A model generated the notes under the pieces. The model was not told where the DNA came from and did not search any database. It saw only the letters and a list, made by a program, of their open reading frames with translations. This document shows, in pieces, positions 11,439-24,717 of a stretch of 64,000 bases of DNA (position 1 is its first letter; the number at the start of each line of letters is the position of its first letter). Made by a program: the position numbers and the translations under genes. Origin of the DNA: Basidiobolus meristosporus CBS 931.73 (taxonomy: Eukaryota; Fungi; Basidiobolomycota); NCBI GenBank assembly GCA_002104905.1, contig MCFE01000115.1:62001-126000 (forward strand), read 5' to 3'.

Positions 11439-14400
11439 GAATTAAGAAAATCAAGCGCCCATAAGAAGGACAAGGAAAGTGCTTTAATAAGCAGTGATAA
11501 CCAGCAAAGAAGGTACCCAAGACCCTACAAAGGCAACTGCAACCTGTTTTGCAACTACTGCAAAAGGAAAGTACACACATCAGACCATTGTTTCAAAAAG
11601 AGAGAAAATCAGCAAAAGAAGCCTGAATATGAAATGCTGCAACAACTGAAGATAGACTATTCATATCCGCCCTAAATATGACCCCAAACAAGGATTCTCT
11701 GTCATGGTACATTGACTCTGCAGCATCTTAATACTTTACACACCAAAAAGAACTTTTACACAATATAAAGAAATTCCAAATAAAAAGGTTTTCATGGGTG
11801 ACAATAGAGCACTTGATACAGTGGGAGAAGGAACTATCCAAGTAAACCTTAGAGGCAGTGAAGGAAGCCCTACACTGACCTTTAAAGAAGTACTCAATGT
11901 ACCAGAAATAACCAAGAACCTACTCTCTTTTAGCAAGGCCACTGCAGAAGGACTCAGTTTCAGCCTTGACAATTCTGGATGCAAGATCACTGATCAAAAT
12001 GTTGTCCGTATTGCTTTGGGTATCAGAGATCCACATCTATACAAGGAGACTAATATTCCATCATATTTGGAAGCCAATATAAGTAACTTAAATGAAGAAA
12101 CAACAATTCTTTGGCACAGGAGATTTGGGCACATCAATGATTATTTGTGCAAAGTGATCAAAGATCAGCTAATTTCTGGAGTGAAAACTGATCCCCCAGC
12201 TAGCTTCAAGCACTGTGAGGCCTGCATATATGGAAAACAGGCCAGACAACTGTTCAGGAGCTCTGGATTAATCAAAACTAAGAAGAAATTAGATCTAATT
12301 CACTCAGATCTGTGTGGACCTATGCAAAATTTATCCTTAGGTGGGATGAAGTATTTATTCACTTTTATTGATGATTATACAAGATACACATAGGTCTACT
12401 TCATGGAGAGAAAGGAAGAAGCTCTGTCTAAGTTCAGGGAGTTTAAAGCCATGGTGGAGAAAGAAACTGGTGAAAAAATCAAGAAAATGTCCTCTGGCAA
12501 TGGTGGAGAATATGCCTCAAAACTCTTCAACAACTTCTGCAAAATTAACAGGGATAAAGCAAGAGACTACTGTACCATACTCCCCACAGCAAAATGGATT
12601 AGCAGAATGTGTTAATAGATCAATAATGGATATGGCAAGATCTATGATCCATGATCAAAAATTATCCTAAAATTTTTGGGCAGAATCAGTTGCCACTCTG
12701 TATACCTTAAAAATAGAAGTTATAACAGAATACTTTGTGATTCTACTCCATTTGAGCATAGTATGGATACAGATAAAGTGCAGAACATCTAAGAATATTT
12801 GGGTGTACTGAATATGCCAAGAAACAGCCCAGAAATCAGTCAAAATTTGAACTAAAAAGCGTAAAATGCATATTTTTGGGTTACAGGAATGAGAATATAG
12901 CATACAGACTCTACAATGCCAAAGCAAAGAAGCTGATTAGGTTCAGGGCTGTGTATTAATGAAAATTCAAAATTTTCACAAAAAATCACATCAGATGATG
13001 ACAAAAATCTGATCTCAAGTCCACTAATTGTAAGGATTGAATCAGAGCAAAGCAATGAAGGTTTTTTCACTCCAGAGGACTCTACAACCATGTTTCACCC
13101 AGAATCAGTGCCCAGGAATATCCCAGAAGTGGTCATTTCAGTATCAAATGCCCAAAGATCCAATTGGACAAGAAATAGCCCAAATTACTATATCAATGAG
13201 GGTACAAACTTAGCCTATGCCTACTCAGTCTATATTGATGAGCCCCTGACCGTAAAAGAGGCCCTCAATAGCCCTCAGACAAAGTTTTGGAGATTTGAAA
13301 TGACTGAGGAATATCAGGCCCTGATGGAAAATCAAACTTGGGACTTAGTAAATTACAAATCAACCAAAAATCCATTGGATGCAGATGGGTCTTCACAACA
13401 AAATACAAGGCTGATGGTACAATTGAATGATACAAAGCAAGACTTGTGGCCAAAGGATACTCTCAAACAAAAGGACTTGACTATACTGAGACCTTTGCAC
13501 CGGTAGCCAAGTTTAATTCCATCAGAATGATATTGGCTATTGCAGCCAAATATAAGTTTTTTATTCATCAAATGGACGTAAAAACTGCATTTTTGAATGG
13601 AGAACCTGATGAAAATGTGTATATGGACCAGCCTGATGGGTTTGTTGACCAAGATAACCCCTACTTTGGTCTGCAAGCTCAAAGAGTCACTATATGGTCT
13701 CAAATAATCACCGAGAGCCTGGAATTGCAAGATAGATTCTTATTTGGAATCTCTGAGTTTCAAAAGCAGTAATGCTGACTATAGTATATATTATAAGCCA
13801 GATAGATCAAATCCAGCTCTATTAGCTATATATGTGGATGATCTTATTATAGCCGCCAATCACCTATAAAGATTGGAAGAGACTAAATTGAGCCCATCTA
13901 AGAGGTTCAAGATGTCCAATCTAGGAGAACTCAGTTACTACTTAGGGATTACGTTCTCCATAAACAGAAGAATCCAGACTATTACCCTAAGACAATCCAA
14001 GTATACTCAAGATATACAAAGAAGTACCAAATGAAAAACTGTAAACTGGCAGCTACCCCAATGGAGACTAATCTTAACTTGATCAAAACTCAACCAAATC
14101 AATAGGGCTTGGTGCCAACAGAGAGCCATGACTTTCCTTATCAATCTAAGGTTGGCAGTTGGATGTATATCATGCTTGGAACATGTCCAGATATCTCATA
14201 TTCAGTGGGAGCTGTTAGCCACATAATCAGAACTATGGATCTGATCATATTGCAGCAGTTAAGCGGATTTTTAGATACCTAAAAGGAACTGCTGATATCT
14301 GCTTCAGATACACTTACACGGATTCAGAACAGAATCTTGTGGAAACTCTGATGCTCATTGGGGATAAAATTTTGAAGGCAGAAGATCCACTGCAGGATAC

Positions 14401-15162
14401 ACCTTTCTTTACTGTAAAGGAGCAATTTTATGGAATTCAAGAAAGCAACCAGCCATAGCACTTCCTACCACAGAGGCAGAGTATATGGCAGCTTGTGAAG
14501 CTACAAAAAAAGCAATGTGGTTAAGAAAGCTTTTTACAAATTTCAGCCTATGTCAAAACACACCTATTACTTTGTTTCAAGATAATCAAGGATGTATACA
14601 ATTAGGTAGATATCCAACTTTCCATGCTAGAACTAAGGACATAGATATTTGACATCATTTCATATGTGAAGCTATAGAAAATAGCCTAGTTAGCTTAGTT
14701 TACTGTCCTACAGATGACATGATTGCAGACATATTTACCAAACCATTAGCTAGAGACAAGTTTGAGTATCTTAGGTCAAAATTAGGACTAGTCAGTATGA
14801 GCATTTAGCTGAGTGGGAGTGTTGTAAAAATTTGTAATTTCTACCTAAATATTCACCTAACTTGGTCACTTAGATCATCACCTTCAAATCCTAGAGAACA
14901 CTGACCAAATTCCTTGTTGTGATTTACTTGGAATATTTTCACCAAAATACCAGGTACCCATAACATGAAAATTCTCAAAGTTGTCCAAAAGCCCCAGTCT
15001 TTGCACACATGTTCTTGGGGCCTTCCTTAGTCTATTCTATGTGTTTGTTATGCCAAGACCATCTAAAAGTATAAATACTACTTTTACATTCAATAAATCA
15101 TTAAGTGAAAACCACAAAATCTACTTGTTCTCCCAACCACTTCCAACATCTCCAAGACTCAT
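11439..15162 (+). mobile_element. Copia-2, 5'-truncated and more degenerate copy
   Basis: Begins in mid-gag (GAATTAAGAAAATC) exactly at the end of the Copia-1 3' LTR. Carries pol remnants and a PPT. Its 3' LTR (14820-15162) lacks the last ~6 nt. Confidence 0.92.
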
Positions 15163-17256
15163 GTGTCATGGGTACTGACACGGGTACTAGCCTTATGTAG
15201 ATACATATACTGATTACAAAGCTGAATAGCATCTGGGATAACTAATGCTAATAACTAATCAGGGTAAACATCATATGGGATAATACTGATAATATGGGCA
15301 AAAGAAGAATGGGATAATACTGATAAAATAAAATATGGATAAGTATATCATAATGACTATATGAATGAACTTGTCTGCAGGAGGTATGTTTACCCTACCA
15401 CATCCACCCCCCACTTGAGCTAAAAAGTTCCCTGAAACGTTTTAGCTAACCACTGTAAGTTTGGAGAACAAAGTGCTCTCTCAGTCATCCTCAATGAAGC
15501 ACCTGTCTTTTCTTGGGATAGAAATCTACATGATGTCATTGATCGGATATTGTTTGAGTCCATACTACAGAAGGTTGCTATTAGTCCTGGGCTCTCTGAG
15601 TATATAGTATACCATGCTGAACCATCTGGGTAGTTCACTGCAGTTGCTCTTGCTTTCCCCCTCCATGGTCTTCCAAGATGTAATTCAAAGTTAGCCTTTG
15701 CACAAATGAATACTGGGATCTCATGGGGTTTTCCTTCAATGATGAGAGGGAAGCTGTGAATAATTCCTAAAAGCTTTGATTGCCCTGAGTTGGCATCGTT
15801 CATGCTCCAATTGATATTGGTGTTTATGGGCAATAGGTCTTTGCATGGTAGTTGTTTCCAAGCCTCCAAAGGCATCACACTTATCTCAGATCCACTGTCT
15901 ATATGACATAGGATTTCTTGATTATGCACAGTTCCTGTAGTTGTTGCAGTTGCCACTGAGTAGTAGTGTTTCTGGCTTTGATGCAGCTTACTGGTATCTT
16001 GGCTTCCTTGAACTGTCCTGACCTGGTTGCCTTTGGTTGCTTCAATTGGATGCTTTCTTATTCTGATGTGCTCATCCAGTGTCTTTCTTACAGATGGTGA
16101 TACACTGAGTAGCTCCCCAACCTTGATTGATATGTTGCTTCCTAGCATATGACTTGTCAGACCCTCTGGGGTACTATTTTACTTGACTCTAGGCTGCATG
16201 TGGTAGTTGTTAGTCTTGGCAGACTCTTGTAAAATTAATGGGGGTGATGCTTTCTTCGCAATCACAAATTCTGGCTCACATCTTGGTACTTTTGTTGCTA
16301 GGCCTGGATTAGCCATTTTTCAGGATGGTGTCTCTTTGAAGCATCTATTGAAACCATATGATCTTCGGCCTCTCTGGGGCCCTCATAGTCAAAGTTCAGC
16401 ACTTCAGCTGGATCAAAGTAGTCAGGATCTTCTTCTTCATGGAGGTGCACCTTTCTTGTATGAGAGGTGACTTGCTTGTAGTGAACTCTCATACCTCCTT
16501 GTCCAAACGCTGTGGATAATTTGTCACCATATTTACTGACTATGTATCCCTGAGGACTATATAGGACATCACCTGTGGATATGTGGTAATGGAAAGTATT
16601 CCATTACTACAATATCTCTAAACCAATATTGCACTCATTTCTTTAATTTGCTTTTTGCTATCGTAACACACAAGTGAAAGATCAAGAATTTCCAACTTTG
16701 AAGAACAAATGCTCCAGACCCTGACAAGCAATCCACCTAAGAATATTATGTCATACAGAACATGTAGTAACCAACACATGTTTCAAATTACAGCTCATTT
16801 GAAGCAGTACTTAAGGAGTTATGACCAAAAGAGTCCAACTATTATATATACTATGCCTTATTGCTAGGATTACTATGGTGACTTTGATTGCGTGTAACTT
16901 TCAAGCCAGCCAATCAAATCACGTAAATTTTCACAGGTGCTGCGCCTATGTCCGATCTGCGCCACTGCAAATTTTAGCTTTGTATCACGTGTATTGCTTG
17001 CGCAATTGCCCATAACTTTGATCCTTCAAAATATTCATAAATATGACTTCCCCAGCTGAAAAATAAAGGGAGAGCCTCTCTTTCCAGAATCTCCACACTA
17101 CAATTACAAATTTAAAGGTTATAAGACTTCCCCTGCATCACTTGCACTGTTGAGTATTCTGACTTTGATTGGTACTGCATCAGTAAAGAGACTGCAAAGC
17201 TCACAAGAATCCAATCTAAGTTCTACAAGAAACTACCACTTTTCTGTTGGAAAAGT

Positions 17257-17362
17257 CCCCTCTAAGAAACCCCTTTACTCTAAAGACACCCCTTTAGACA
17301 CCCCTTTAGGTCTAAAGACCCCTTTAGAGACTTCTACAACACACCCCTTTAGGTTAAAGGGG
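17257..17362 (+). repeat. CCCCTTTA minisatellite in Gypsy-A 5' LTR U3
   Basis: Six CCCCT plus one AGGGG, upstream of TATAAAA at ~17434. Confidence 0.85.
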
Positions 17363-17742
17363 AGTTCAGAATTTCCATATTAGGAAATATTTTCTCAGAA
17401 AGGAAAGTGACTTCCAAATAAGGAAAAGTTTCTATAAAAGTAAATAAGCCCATTAGTCGACAGAAGGTCAGAACACTGCTGTAGAAGTGATAAACACTGC
17501 CTACAGTATATTTTGAGCCCAAGATTGAGGAAATTAGTGAAAGTTATATCTTCTATTGGTATATCAAACTCCCAATAAACTATTTCAGTATTAGCATACT
17601 GGAAGTTGTTGTATATTGTTGATTAGCCTCTACATTGTAGAACAAGCCCCAAACTAATCATAATACAACACAACAAGAATTTGGTGAAGGACCTGGGTAG
17701 TTTGAACCTTTCACTATACAAGCATCAAGAAACGTTACAAGA

Positions 17743-20700
17743 ATGACCAATACACCACTCCCAGAGTTAATAGCCACTTTTAAAGGTGCCATTCCAGTAA
17801 AATTCTCAGGAGAGAATGTTACTGAGTTTCTAGAAGAGTTTAACAATATAGCTGCAGCATTTGAGCTATCACACAAGAACAAAATCCAGTTGTTTCCCTT
17901 TCTCTGTGAAGTTGAAGTATCAAGATTCTTACAAAGTTTGGACCCATTTAAGATATCTGTTGGCGCTAACTATAACTGGGACACTGCTCAACAAGCTATT
18001 TTAGCTGAATACCAAAAAGAAGCACAGTTTGTTACACTAAATGAGCTAGAAATGCCGTACGACAAGACCCAACCCTTGCAGAAGTACATTCAAAAGTTTG
18101 AGTCAAAAGCAAGGCATGTTGAAGCAGCTATCGGAATTCCAAGATTTTATCAAAGAAACTATTTTCTGATGAATATGCCTCCTGAAATACGTAATGCCAT
18201 TAGCCACCAAGTTCAGGCTACAAGCTCCTACAACAATGTTAAACAAATGGTGTTAAACTATCAATCAGGGAGACAAGTCATGGATTCCATTAATATTCAA
18301 ATGAAGATTCCCACTCCAGCTAAACAAATTCTTCATTGTACAAATAACCCACAAAGTGATCAGGTTAATGAATTAATTGATGCATTAGGAAAACTGACGC
18401 TTAAGTTGGACTCTCAAAGTGTACCATCATCAAGCATCAACAAGGCAAGACCAGAAAGTCCCAAAACAACCAGTAATTATCCACAGCAAACCAAATATTG
18501 TGTGTACTGTGAATCTGCTGAGCATAGCTGTTATGGTTGTCAAATATTGAATATTGATATTGACAGTCATAAGGTTATGATTGATTGTTATGGGAAGATC
18601 TGTGATATTGCTGGAAACCCCTGGTCTATCAACAGAGGTTATGGTGGAATGAGGTCCTATGTACTTGCTCAAGAAGAATCAAGTAAAAGCACCAAGACAT
18701 CAAATTTCATACAAATCCAAAAGACTGCAGAAATTCCAAGCAATGAACATTACGTACTCACAATATCAGATCCATCAGGGCAGGTCCAAGAATATCTAAT
18801 GGAAAAAGAGGAAGTTGAAGTGTTTAATTGCCTTATTGATAAGAGAAAGTATGTTTCTACAGAGAACAATCCTGAAAAAGTGTGTACCAACAAAAGAAAT
18901 CAGCCAATTGTTGAAATACCAGTACAGCCAGAAACATCAAAAATCCAAAAAGAACACTTGCAACCTCAATCTAAGTATGACACTACTGCAATTACACAGA
19001 AAGTTATCAACAAATTCTGGAAATCTCCATTTCCACAACTTATAAATCAAAAAATGTTCACCGCCATCAACAATCTCAGTCAACTACTACCAGAAATGGT
19101 TAAGCCTATGAACAAAGATATCCTGAAGAATTATTAAGAACAGTCATCAACAACATTATCAAGTGAACAACTACGATTTGAAGTGGAAAAAGCCTTTTAC
19201 TCTATAACAACAGGAAGCTATGCTGCTACAATCAACAATGTTGAAGTGGAATGTGTTTTTGATTCTGGATCAGATATCAATGCTATCACCGCTATGACTT
19301 TTGAAAAAATCAAATTGCCATTGTCAGAAGTTGACTGGAATATGAGAACTGCTACAGGTGCAACAGAGAAGATGCTTGGACTTTGTCACTCTGCACCAAT
19401 TGAAATTGGAGGAATCAGGGTACTTCTCCCTTTTTCATTGTTGCAAATGGACCCACTTTTGAGGTATTGTTGGGACAACCATATGAGAGAAAATCTCTTC
19501 TACAAGCTGATAATAGACCTGATGGAAGCCTATGGCTGACAATCACATCTGACAATTGAAAAAGAAGGGCAACCTTTTGTGCAGCAGAAGAGAATAATCC
19601 AAGAAATGCAGACTCCATTCCAGTACAAAACATACAGGTTCATAAGGATATTTTGTTTTATGATCAACACTTCATTCCATCAACAACAAGTAAGACAAAT
19701 ACTAAGTATAAGCCAGTTGCATTGAAAGCAAAGCCAGTATCTACTGGAATATTGCCATCTGCCCACAACAATCCTCAAATGGAGCCTTTGCACAAATATG
19801 ACAAAATCAGACTCACAGAAGAGAAGCTCAAGGAGTTGGCTATTGGGACTACTCTTTCCACTGAGGAGAAAAGTCTCTTTTTGACTATGCTACAACGCTA
19901 TGACAATGTCTTTGCATTTAATGATGCACAAAGAGGATGTTTATCCACAGAGCTATTTCCACCGGTTAAGATCCATACTGTTGAACATACACCATGGGCA
20001 CTGAGGTCATATCCTGTTCCCTCAAGATTACTGAACAAAGTAATTGAAATGCTACAATCAAGATTTCAAAGTGGAGTCATTGAATATAGCTAAGAACCTT
20101 ATTGCAATCCCTGGTTTACACCATTGAAGAAAAATGGAAGCCTACGGTTTATTCAAGACGTACAGCGTTTGAATAAGGTCACCATCAGAGATGCTATGCA
20201 ACCACCCATACAACATGAGTATATTGAGTCATTTACTGGATATCCTCTGATTACAACATTGGATCTTTATTCAGGATATGACCAAATACTTCTGGATCAT
20301 ACCTCAAGAGATTTCACCGCTATGGATACACCAATAGGACTCATAAGGATGACAAGAATTCCTCAAGGATGGACAAACTCTGTCCAAAATTATCAACATG
20401 CAATGATTTGAGTTTTGGATGACTGCTTCCCTGAAATATGCCAACCATTTCTCGATGACATTGCAGTAAAGAATAAGTCCAGAGAAAAAGATACATTGCA
20501 TGTCTTACCTCAAGTAAGAAGATATGTTTATGATCACATATGCACTGTTGAGAGGGTCATGAAGAAACTTCAAGCTTCTGGTCTGACTGTATCAGGAGCC
20601 AAATGCAAGTTTGGCTATGACAAAGCAATCATTCTAGGTGAACTTGTTACTGAAAAAGGGAGATTGCCTGATCCTGCAAAACTTTCATTGGCACTGAATT

Positions 20701-22679
20701 GGAAGCCACCAAGGAATATTCATCAAGTCAGACAATTATTAGGACTTACTGGTCTATTCAGAATCTGGATCAAGAACTATGCTCAAATTGCTAAGCCACT
20801 GACTCAGCTATTACAGAAAAACCAGAAATTTGAATGGCATGAAGAACAGGCAAATGCTATGTCAACATTGCTTGAGTCATTATCAAAGCCACCTGTCTTA
20901 GCAGCTATAGACTACAGTGTTATTGATTCACAACCAATCATTGTATCAGTTGATAGCTCTGGAATTGGGGTTGGTGGAATCATGATTCAAGTTTCAAAAG
21001 ATCATCATCGACAACCTTGCAAATATCTTAGTAGACTATTCAAAGGAAATGAGCTTAACTATCCATCTATCAAGAAAGAAGCACTGGGAGTACTCTATGT
21101 ACTCAAAAAGCTAAAGCCATACTTATTAGGAGTACACTTCACACTGGAGGTTGATGCCAAGCCATTATTAGGAATGTTGAATAAGTTGGAGCTTTTGCCT
21201 GATCCTATTCTAGCACGGTGGATATCATACATCCAGATCTTTGACTTTACGCTGCAACACATACCAGGAGCCAATCACAAAGGACCTGATGCCTTATCTA
21301 GAAAGCAACCAAATTCACCGTACTCAACTGATGATGATGAGATTGATGAGTTCCTTGAAAACACTAGACTTGGATTCTCATTCAGACATATGATACAAAG
21401 CAATTATCAACAAATCAAGGAATTTCTTACATCACTCAAAGTTCCTGCTGATATTCCCACAAATCAACGCACAAATTTTAAAAAGAAGGCTCTGAAGTTT
21501 ATACTGCATGACAGCACACTTTTCAGAAAAAGCAAACATGGAGTTCCTCAATGGTATATACATAACAATCATGATCAAGAGAAGATCATTCAAGAATTGC
21601 ATGAATCTGAATCAGGAGGTCATAAGGGAATTACATCAACATATGCAAAAATCTCTTTACGGTATTTTTGGCCAACGCTGTACACCAACACAAAAGAATA
21701 TGTGAAATCATGTATTCCATGTCAAAGAAGAGACAACCAAAAGATGCATGAACCACTTCACAGTATATACACATCTTATGCTTGGCAAATTACACATGTA
21801 GATATTATACATTTACCACGAGCAACAGCTGGGTATCAGTATGTGGTGGACTGTCGTGATAACTTTACTGGTTGGATAGAGGCTAGAATGCTGAAACAAG
21901 CCAATGCAAAAGCAGTAGCAAGATTTCTTAAAGAAGATGTATATCTCAGACATGGTTCAGTTGGCACCCTTATTGCAGACAATGGAGAATGTGGATCTTA
22001 TGAAATACAAGCACTACCGACAAAGCATGGAACCAAGCTTATACATACTACGCCATACCACCCACAAGCAAATTCACCAGTTGAACGTGGACATTCTGCT
22101 TTTGTAAACACATTAGCAAAGCTTAGCTATGAAGAACCCAACAAGTGGGCAAATAACTTTCATGCAGCAATTTTGGCTGATAGAGTTACGGTTAAAAGAA
22201 GTACAGGGTATACACCATTTTTTTTAATATATGGACATGAAGCTGTTTTGCTGATAGACATATCTTTTGGGAATTGGCTTACCCTCCCATGGAAACCAAC
22301 CATGACAACATCAGAGCTATTGCTAGCAAGAGTACAACAGATTCAACAAGCACACACTCTGCAACAGAATGCAATAGAAAACCTGAAGAAATCCAGAATG
22401 GCTGGCAAGGAGAACTCTGACGCTCAAAAATGCCTAAGAAAAACATTTTTAGAAGTAGGTGAGTTGATACTACTTCACAACACAAAAAGCCAAAGAAACA
22501 AGGCATCCAAGCTGTATATGAGATGGCAAGGTCCCTACAAGATCATACATGCAAACAAAAATGGATCTTACAAACTAGCAGAACTTGACGGTACACCACT
22601 TGCACTGACACAACCTGGTAACAGCTTGAAGAAGTTCCATATCAGAAGTAATAATGAGGGCATTATTTCTCAAAGTTAG
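17743..22679 (+). pseudogene. Gypsy gag-pol single polyprotein (gag-PR-RT-RH-IN), disrupted
   Basis: CVYCESAEHSCYGC knuckle, DSGS protease, RT (LDLYSGY, FLDD), RNase H (DSS, DAKP), integrase HHCC and GPY motif. Four in-frame stops and one -1 frameshift near 19431-19435. No chromodomain seen. Confidence 0.95.
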
Positions 22680-23364
22680 GGGAGACTTGTGGTAATGGAA
22701 AGTATTCCATTACTACAATATCTCTAAACCAATATTGCACTCATTTCTTTATTTTGCTTTTTGCTATTGTAACACACAAGTGAAAGATCAAGAATTTCCA
22801 ACTTTGAAGAACAAATGCTCCAGACCCTGACAAGCAATCCACCTAAGAATATTATGTCATACAGAACACGTAGTAGCCAACCCATGTTTCAAATTACAGC
22901 TCATTTGAAGCAGTACTTAAGGAGTTATGACCAAAAGAGTCCAACTATTATATATACTATGCCTTGTTGCTAGGATTACTATGGTGACTTTGATTGCGTG
23001 TAACTTTTGAGCCAGCCAATCAAATCACGTAAAATTTTCACAGGTGCTGCGCCTATGTCCGATCTGCGCCACTGCAAATTTTAGCTTTGTATCACGTGTA
23101 TTGCTTGCGCAATCGCCCAAAAACTTTGATCCTTCAAAATTTTCATATATATGACTTCCCCAGCTGAAAAATAAAGGGAGAGCCTCTCTTTCCAGAATCT
23201 CCACACTACAATTACAAGTTTAAAGGTTATAAGACTTCCCCTGCATCACTTGCACTGTTGAGTATTCTGACTTTGATCGGTACTGCATCAGTAAAGAGAC
23301 TGCAAAGCTCACAAGAATCCAATCTAAGTTCTACAAGAAACTACCACTTTTCTGTTGGAAAAGT

Positions 23365-23573
23365 CCCCTCTAAGAAACCCCTTTAGACACCCCTTTAGAG
23401 ACCCCTCTAAGAAACCCCTTTAGGCACCCCTTTAGTGTAAAGTCCACTTTAGAGACCACTACAAGAAGCCCCTTTACTCTAAAGACACCCCTTTAGACAC
23501 CCCTTTAGACACCCCTTTAGGTCTAAAGACCCCTTTAGAGACTTCTACAACACACCCCTTTAGGTTAAAGGGG
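23365..23573 (+). repeat. CCCCTTTA minisatellite in Gypsy-A 3' LTR U3 (longer allele)
   Basis: Twelve CCCCT plus one AGGGG. This accounts for the 105-bp length difference between the two LTRs. Confidence 0.85.
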
Positions 23574-24696
23574 AGTTCAGAATTTCCATATTAGGAAATA
23601 TTTTCTCAGAAAGGAAAGTGACTTCCAAATAAGGAAAAGTTACTATAAAAGTAAATAAGCCCATTAGTTGACAGAAGGTCAGAACACTGCTGTAGAAGTG
23701 ATAAACACTGCCTACAGTATACTTTGAGCCCAAGATTGAGGAAATTAGTGAAAGTTATATCTTCTATTGGTATATCAAACTCCCAATAAACTATTTCAGT
23801 ATTAGCATACTGGAAGTTGTTGTATATTGTTGATTAGCCTCTACATTGTAGAACAAGCCCCAAACTAATCATAATACAACACAACAGATAGTAATGACTG
23901 AAGCTCTTGGCAATTTCTCTTGGAATGGTTGGCAGAGTCACACCACATGCATGTATATTTGGCTTCTTTCTCTACTGGCTTCTGCCCATAGGCTTTGCTG
24001 GCAAGTAGCAAAGAGAGTTTCTCTAGCTACTGTGTAAGCTCCTGAATATGAGTGCTTTGATTACTGGGATTCAGTAAGTCTTGGCTATCTTGGTTTTGTG
24101 CTGAGCTTTAAAGATGCTTTCTGATTGGTGAGGTTTCTTCAGGGGCAAGTAGAATCTGCTTAGATAACTAAAAGTAGGCAGTGAACTCACAGCTTTCACA
24201 GTAGGATTGTTTTCAATCCTTCCCACCAGGTCTTCTGGTAGTGCTCTGAGAAGATAGGCAGATAAAGTGAGATCAGTGATAACTCCTTGGGCTTTCAGTG
24301 ACTCTCCAATCTGCTCAAGGCCACTCAAGTATTCTTTCAATGGTAGCATCTTAAACTTGCTATAAACAAAGTTCTCCAAGTCTTGAAGTGTGTAGTCAAC
24401 TTGTTTCTCTACATATTCATCAATCAAGTAGCTCTTCAAGAGGGTCCAATTTGTCAACAGATCATTTCTTTGATATAATGAGAGCATTATCTCATCAGTG
24501 CTGTAAGGGGGCATCTCTTCAGCCATAATGGCCTCAGGTATTTTGTGGGCTCTGCAGAAAAGATCCCACCTCTTGATGAAAGTTTTAACTTTAGTTCCAT
24601 CAAAGAAAGGGGTTCCTTGCATTCCTGGTAAAGGTAGATCCATGGTCTTGATAATTTGTTCTTTCTTAAGTCTTCTAGGGGCAGTTCAGTCAAACC

Positions 24697-24713
24697 CCCC
24701 ACATTGGGTGCCA
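24697..24713 (-). promoter_or_regulatory. Primer-binding site, tRNA-Lys(CUU) type
   Basis: TGGCACCCAATGTGGGG versus the canonical TGGCGCCCAACGTGGGG. Both mismatches are CpG transitions. It lies 4 nt from the LTR end. Confidence 0.85.
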
Positions 24714-24717
24714 AATA

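Larger units (their letters stand above)
16582..23886 (+). mobile_element. Gypsy-A full-length Ty3/gypsy LTR retrotransposon
   Basis: LTRs 16582-17675 and 22688-23886 with TG...CA ends, 4-bp TSD GATA, PBS TGGTGAAGGACC at ~17682 and a purine tract before 22688. Confidence 0.97.

Noticed and set aside
15163-15190. Helitron 3' end (GTGTCA..TGACAC hairpin followed by CTAG)
   Set aside because: The segment is homologous to the U3 of the solo LTR at ~28366, which lacks the CTAG. No T follows the CTAG, and there is no Rep/helicase remnant.
19425-19440. Programmed ribosomal frameshift at CCCTTTTT in Gypsy-A
   Set aside because: It falls inside the protease domain and is best explained by loss of one T from a homopolymer. 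Gag and protease are otherwise in the same frame.
17257-23573. CRISPR array or interstitial telomere in the CCCCTTTA repeats
   Set aside because: The units are ~12 bp with no unique spacers, are irregular, and are confined to the same position in both LTRs.
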